35,047 nt of DNA from Pedosphaera sp. (GTDB lineage Bacteria > Verrucomicrobiota > Verrucomicrobiia > Limisphaerales > SXTU01): contig JAYTIO010000685.1 in the NCBI GenBank assembly GCA_043731805.1, positions 1-35,047 on the forward strand, in the 5' to 3' direction. The translations under genes and the position numbers were made by a program. Shown one piece after another: positions 31,701 to 35,047 of the stretch (within the stretch, counting starts at the first letter, position 1; each line of letters starts with the position of its first letter). The notes beneath the pieces are model-generated. The model saw only the letters and a list, made by a program, of their open reading frames with translations, had not been told where the DNA came from and did no database searches.

Positions 31701-32418
31701 CCAGCGTGGAGCGGAAGAAGTGCTCGCCCTTGTCCGCCTCGAACTTCATGCCCAGCGCCTCCTCCAGCGCGGTGCGGACGGCGGTGAGCGCGGGGAGGTC
31801 GCCCGCCGCCTCCACGCGGGCGCGGGCATCGCGCGCGTAGCTGGCGAGGAAGAAGGCGACGTCCTTGGGGTTGTTCAGCGGCGCGGCGTGGAGCAGCACG
31901 CGCTTGAGGTATTCGGAGCAGCGTTCGCCGAGCGCGTCCGCCGTCTTGCGCGGGTGCGCGGCGGCGGTCCAGAAGGCGGTTTCGCTGTCGGCGAGGCGGA
32001 AGGATTCCAAACGGAGCGTCGCGCCGCCGGGGCCGCGCTTGAGCAGCCGGAAATCGCGGTAGTTGGTGACGAGCACCTGGCCGTAGTGGGCGAGGTAGTC
32101 TTTGACTTGTGGCGACTCGATGAACGCGTCGAGTTCCTCGCCTGCGCCCTTCACTTCGATGACGCCACGCGCGGGGTTCGGCACGCCCAGCAACGGCTTC
32201 TCCTCATCCGAGTGCTTGAGCTGGTCGGGTGTGAAGAGGCCGCCATCGGGGATGCCCGCGCCGCTGTTCCGGGGATGAATGATGCAGCGGACCTTGGGCT
32301 TGAGCGTCTGGCCAATGGTCGTGAGGAGCGTGGCCAGCGCGGGATAACCGGACGTTTCCCTGGTCGCCCCGCGCAAGGTGGCGAGTTCTGACAGGTAGCT
32401 TTCCAGCGGTGGGGTCAT
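28726..32418 (-). CDS. Fused type IIG/IIL-like restriction-modification protein: N-terminal PD-(D/E)xK-like region, gamma-class N6-adenine DNA methyltransferase, C-terminal specificity region
   Basis: 1230 aa. AdoMet motif I VFVLDPCCGTGAYVVEV. Catalytic motif IV ILGNPPYNGYAG. The block YFYEPFLEAFDPALRKELGVWYTPPEIV is typical of Eco57I/YeeA/type ISP-like methylases. N-terminal IPD-(29 aa)-EVK. C-terminal FCYRPMDVRWLYWEP block as in MmeI/type ISP specificity domains. Confidence 0.85.
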   Translation of the reverse strand: MTPPLESYLSELATLRGATRETSGYPALATLLTTIGQTLKPKVRCIIHPRNSGAGIPDGGLFTPDQLKHSDEEKPLLGVPNPARGVIEVKGAGEELDAFIESPQVKDYLAHYGQVLVTNYRDFRLLKRGPGGATLRLESFRLADSETAFWTAAAHPRKTADALGERCSEYLKRVLLHAAPLNNPKDVAFFLASYARDARARVEAAGDLPALTAVRTALEEALGMKFEADKGEHFFRSTLVQTLFYGVFSAWVLWHKENPARKDAFDWKAAGWTLHVPMIKALFHQVADPNKLRPLGLVESLDWTAAALNRVDRPAFFEQFVETHAVQYFYEPFLEAFDPALRKELGVWYTPPEIVEYMVARVDTVLREELDIPDGLADPRVFVLDPCCGTGAYVVEVLRKIHETLTERGEGVLAAADVKKAAQERIFGFELLPAPFVVAHLQLGLVLQNLGQPLDDAKNERAAIYLTNALTGWEPPTEEAKRQLTFTIPEFRQEKEAADEIKQQKRIIVILGNPPYNGYAGLAVEEERDLSTAYRTTKHAPAPQGQGLNDLYVRFFRMAERRIVEKSGEGVVCFISNYSWLDGLSFTGMRERYLEVFDGITVDCLNGDKYKTGKLTPEGAPDPSVFSTEHNREGIQVGTAIATLVKRGAGKSGQSSSKGAVLPHPSPLPLGEGTATGARRKTQRVGSNPAPDAVASAKESVAPNPARTAILPLPAGEGRGEGENVPPPTGGLSSMTNVIHFRHLWGKAKRAELLATLGQPKLYETLKPPVAVGLPFLPTKTTAAFFTWPLLPELFPVSFPGVTSGRDAELVDFDRSSLEKRLRVYFNPAVSLEEIRRVAPGLAENTGRFNAKAVRDYLCSRGYLPDNVIRFCYRPMDVRWLYWEPETKLLDEKRTDYRLQVFKGNVWIEARQRQVLHDWSRGYCTALLADSFGNGRSSFFPLLLKPNPDPSSLFERHDSDQPKANLSDAAGEYLASLRLGNQPEALFYHTLAVLHAPAYRAENSGALRQDWPRVPLPKSREALLASAELGRQVAALLDTETPVIGVTAGKVRPELVKIAVPSRLTNESLNLSLTVGWGHAGQGGVTMPGRGKLETRGYTAEEAEALGRAGCPQPAADHPDAPEPRRRGEDTAPYLLGPATHDIFLNATACWRNVPERVWDFTLGGYQVMKKWLSYREHALLGRALTPDEAREVTHMARRIAALLLLQPELDANYEVVKHDPAPWGELATG
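29016..29100. repeat. REP-pair-like palindromic element lying in frame inside the RM ORF
   Basis: GGTAGGGCGCGGTGTCCTCA (29016-29035) matches the reverse complement of 29081-29100 (GGTAGGGCGGGCTGTCCTCA) at 18/20. Each arm is part of its own 9-bp-stem hairpin (29021-29042 and 29074-29095). Confidence 0.7.
30250..30437. mobile_element. MITE-like element (37-bp terminal inverted repeats, 110-bp core) lying in frame inside the RM ORF
   Basis: Left arm TTCTCCCTCACCCCGGCCCTCTCCCGCTGGGAGAGGG (30250-30286). The reverse complement of 30401-30437 is TTCTCCCTCACCCTAGCCCTCTCCCGCTGGGAGAGGG, matching at 35/37. Each arm contains the hairpin CCCTCTCCC-GCT-GGGAGAGGG. Confidence 0.65.
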
Positions 32419-32598
32419 GGGCGTGGCGCGCGGCGCATATTTTGAACGGTCTTCGGGATGGCTTGGACGGTTTTGAGGTTGTTGGTTTTCCCGATTCGCG
32501 TCGAGCGGTTTTGTGGAGATGGGGCTTGCAGGCTAATTGCGAGGTTCTAACCTGCCGCCGTTCACTGAAGCGAAAACCCAACCAGAGAAAAAACCATC

Positions 32599-33534
32599 AT
32601 GCCCAACGAAGCCTCCCTGGCCGAAATCGAGACCGCCGAACTCATCCTGGCCGTGGACGACGGTCGCGCGCCCACGGAGACGTTCAAGCTGCCGGCCTAC
32701 TTGCGCGCGTTGGTCGTCGCCCGGCTGGCGGACCTCCGCACCAAGGACGCTGCCACGCTCATCACGGAGGGCGGTCGCGCCGGAGCGCAAATCAACGTCC
32801 GCACCGCGTTGGACACGCTCAACACGCTGTTGCACGACGGCTACAACTTCATCAAGGGACTGCCCAGCTACACCATCACGGCAGCGGATCGCATCACGGT
32901 CTTCACTTCTTATGGCTGGGTGAGTGGCGAGCTGGGTGAGTTCTCGGACACGCGGGTCGAGTCGCTGGCGCGGCAGGCGGCGGATGCCACGCCGGGCATC
33001 GCCAACGCGGCGCACCGTTATCCCTCCGCGCTGCTGGACCTCATCGCGGCGCAGCTCGTCATCGTGAACCTGCACCAGACGGCGGCCACGGGCGGCACGG
33101 CGCAGTCGGCGACGGGCGCACGGGACCTCGCGAAGGATCTGCTGCAAACGGTCAATGACCGCGTGCGGTTCCACTATTGCGCGTCCTCGGACGAAGAGGA
33201 CCAGACGCCGGAACTGGCGAAAATCGGCAAGCAGGCGCGTCGCGACCGGGGCCAGGCGTCCGGGCCAGTGCCGGGCGCACCGGGCGCAGCGACGTTCGAC
33301 GCGACCACGAAAACACTGTCGGTGCCAGCGATGCCGGCGGGGGCGACGACCTTGCGCGCGTATCGGAAGGCGGCAGGTGCGGTGGCGGAGCTGGCGGGCA
33401 CGTCCACGGGCACGACGGTTTCGGTGGTCGGCTCAGGGCCGTTGACGGTGGGTGTGACTTACGAGCTATGGGTGGCGGGGCACAACTCCGATGGCGACGG
33501 GCCGGAGAGCAATCATGTGAGCCACACGGCGTAG
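32599..33534 (+). CDS. Hypothetical protein with C-terminal fibronectin type III-like domain, no signal peptide
   Basis: 311 aa. ATG at 32599 after an A-rich leader. N-terminal ~210 aa are helical with no motif I recognise. The C-terminal ~90 aa (...ATFDATTKTLSVPAMPAGATTLRAYRK......TYELWVAGHNSDGDGPES) have an Fn3-like pattern. Confidence 0.7.
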   Translation: MPNEASLAEIETAELILAVDDGRAPTETFKLPAYLRALVVARLADLRTKDAATLITEGGRAGAQINVRTALDTLNTLLHDGYNFIKGLPSYTITAADRITVFTSYGWVSGELGEFSDTRVESLARQAADATPGIANAAHRYPSALLDLIAAQLVIVNLHQTAATGGTAQSATGARDLAKDLLQTVNDRVRFHYCASSDEEDQTPELAKIGKQARRDRGQASGPVPGAPGAATFDATTKTLSVPAMPAGATTLRAYRKAAGAVAELAGTSTGTTVSVVGSGPLTVGVTYELWVAGHNSDGDGPESNHVSHTA

Positions 33535-33827
33535 GGAAGCTGAGGGTTGAGAGTTGAGAGAACGGCGGCGCGGGCGGGCGGCTTGGCTGCCTGACAATCA
33601 AACACCGTCGCGCTTAACGGTAACTGAAGTCCGGGGATTGGTGGTGGGCGCGCTATCCTGTTCCGTCCCGTTCGGCAGCCGGTGGGGTTGGTGGTGTTTG
33701 CTACGTTGAGCGGGCCTCCCTTGGGTTTGGGGCTGGGGGCTTCGCACTTCGCCCATTTCATCGAAAGCAAAGGAGAATTATTTTTCCGTGCCGCCCAGTG
33801 GCCTTTCGTGGCTAGACTCCTCGGAGT

Positions 33828-35047
33828 ATGGCGTTCGTTTATCCCAAGCAATACGATGTGATCGTGGTCGGGGCCGGGCACGCGGGCGTGGAGGCCGCGC
33901 TGGCGGCGGCGCGCATGGGCGCGCAGACACTGTTGCTCACGATCAACCTAGACACTATTGGGCAGATGTCCTGCAACCCGGCCATCGGCGGCCTGGCGAA
34001 GGGACACCTTGCCCGGGAGATTGACGCCCTTGGTGGCGAGATGGGGCGCACGACGGACATGACCGGCCTCCAGTTCCGAATGCTCAATGCATCGAAAGGA
34101 GCGAGCGTCCGAGCACCCCGAGCGCAGTGCGACAAGAAGGCTTACCAGTTCAGGCTCAAGTGGTTATGTGAACGGCAAGCGAATCTGGATTGTAAACAAG
34201 GCCAGACCACTAAGTTGCTCCATCGCGACGGTGATGTGACCGGCGTGGAGACGACGCTTGAGGTGCAATATGTTGGTCGGACGGTAGTTATAACGACTGG
34301 GACATTTCTGCGGGGTCTGATGCATGTCGGCGCGAACCAGCAGTCCGGAGGGCGAGCGGGAGAGGCAGCGGCGATGGGACTTTCTGCTTCGTTGAAGGAG
34401 ATGGGGATTGAGCTGGGAAGGTTGAAAACAGGGACGCCGCCGCGATTAGTCAGGAGTTCTATTGATTTCACGAAGACGGAGATTCAACCCGGTGACGAGC
34501 CCGTGCCGTGGTTTTCGTTTTGGAAGGATGACCTCTGGAGCGACCCTTTGTTCCACATGGAACAGGATAAGGGTCGAAGTATGCAGAATTCCGTGTTCCG
34601 TGTTCAGTCTGGCGACCCACTGAACACTAGCACCTACCCGCCCGGCTCGATTTTGTCACAGGCTGGTGGGCAACTGCCCTGCCATATCACTTGGACGACA
34701 CCGCGCACTGCCGAGATTATCCGGGCCAATATCCACAAGTCACCCATGTATTCCGGGGTCATTGAGGGGGTTGGACCAAGGTATTGCCCGAGCATCGAGG
34801 ACAAGATCGTGAAATTCCCGGAGAAGGAGCGGCAACAGATATTCCTCGAACCGGAGGGCATCGCGACAGATGAGATTTACGTGAACGGCTTCTCCACCTG
34901 CCTCCCCTTCGAGGTGCAATACGAACTGGTTCGCAGTATTATCGGCTGCGAGCACGCGGAAATCATGCGGCCTGCCTATGCCGTGGAGTATGATTTTGCG
35001 TTTCCCACGCAGTTGCACCCCAACTTGGAGACGAAGGTGTGCCGAAA
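33828..35047 (+). CDS. mnmG: tRNA uridine 5-carboxymethylaminomethyl modification enzyme MnmG (GidA), N-terminal ~406 aa (continues beyond window end)
   Basis: Absent from the ORF track because there is no stop in the window. From the ATG at 33828 it reads MAFVYPKQYDVIVVGAGHAGVEAALAAARMGAQTLLLT...IGQMSCNPAIGG.AKGHL.REIDALGG...GRLKTGTPPR...SPMYSGVIEGVGPRYCPSIEDKIVKF...IFLEPEG. A GGAG SD lies 2 nt upstream. Confidence 0.95.
   Translation, partial: MAFVYPKQYDVIVVGAGHAGVEAALAAARMGAQTLLLTINLDTIGQMSCNPAIGGLAKGHLAREIDALGGEMGRTTDMTGLQFRMLNASKGASVRAPRAQCDKKAYQFRLKWLCERQANLDCKQGQTTKLLHRDGDVTGVETTLEVQYVGRTVVITTGTFLRGLMHVGANQQSGGRAGEAAAMGLSASLKEMGIELGRLKTGTPPRLVRSSIDFTKTEIQPGDEPVPWFSFWKDDLWSDPLFHMEQDKGRSMQNSVFRVQSGDPLNTSTYPPGSILSQAGGQLPCHITWTTPRTAEIIRANIHKSPMYSGVIEGVGPRYCPSIEDKIVKFPEKERQQIFLEPEGIATDEIYVNGFSTCLPFEVQYELVRSIIGCEHAEIMRPAYAVEYDFAFPTQLHPNLETKVCR

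Overview
This is a high-GC (roughly 65% by eye) bacterial chromosomal window. I saw no rRNA genes, CRISPR arrays, transposases or phage genes. All functional calls come from motif recognition in the supplied translations and from reading the DNA; no database search was possible.

**1-20.6 kb: flagellar regulon island, almost entirely on the minus strand.**
- fliG (5' part)-fliF-fliE-flgC-flgB sit behind a textbook sigma-54 promoter.
- Next is an NtrC-type sigma-54 activator.
- A three-gene operon encodes poorly characterised products: a secreted Pro-rich protein, a secreted TPR protein and a FlgN-like protein.
- An HDOD gene lies on the plus strand.
- A translationally coupled sensory operon runs PAS kinase with degenerate receiver -> REC-HD-GYP -> multi-PAS/GAF hybrid kinase.
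- The late genes are fliC, fliD, an unknown 217-aa ORF, a lipoprotein, flgM, fliS and a fliT-like gene.
- Four FliA/sigma-28-type promoters share an identical 8-N11-8 geometry. They precede fliC, the unknown-lipoprotein-flgM-fliS operon, the Pro-rich/TPR/FlgN-like operon and the HDOD gene. This places several uncharacterised genes in the late flagellar regulon, which is my best candidate for undescribed flagellar biology.

**21-28 kb.** tRNA-His, a Zn-dehydrogenase, an FKBP-type PPIase, a G8/beta-helix secreted protein, a Tat-signal amidohydrolase and a PQQ-like beta-propeller.

**28.7-32.4 kb.** A solitary 1230-aa fused type IIG-like nuclease/N6-adenine methyltransferase.
- Its ORF carries two palindromic REP/MITE-like elements that stay in frame.
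- It also has a low-GC patch in the putative specificity region.
- It is flanked by five exactly phased 42-bp direct repeats and by a divergently transcribed orphan with an Fn3-like C-terminus.

**End of window.** The window ends inside mnmG (gidA), which is about 10 GC points lower than everything else. Several families of GC-rich palindromic intergenic repeats recur across the window.
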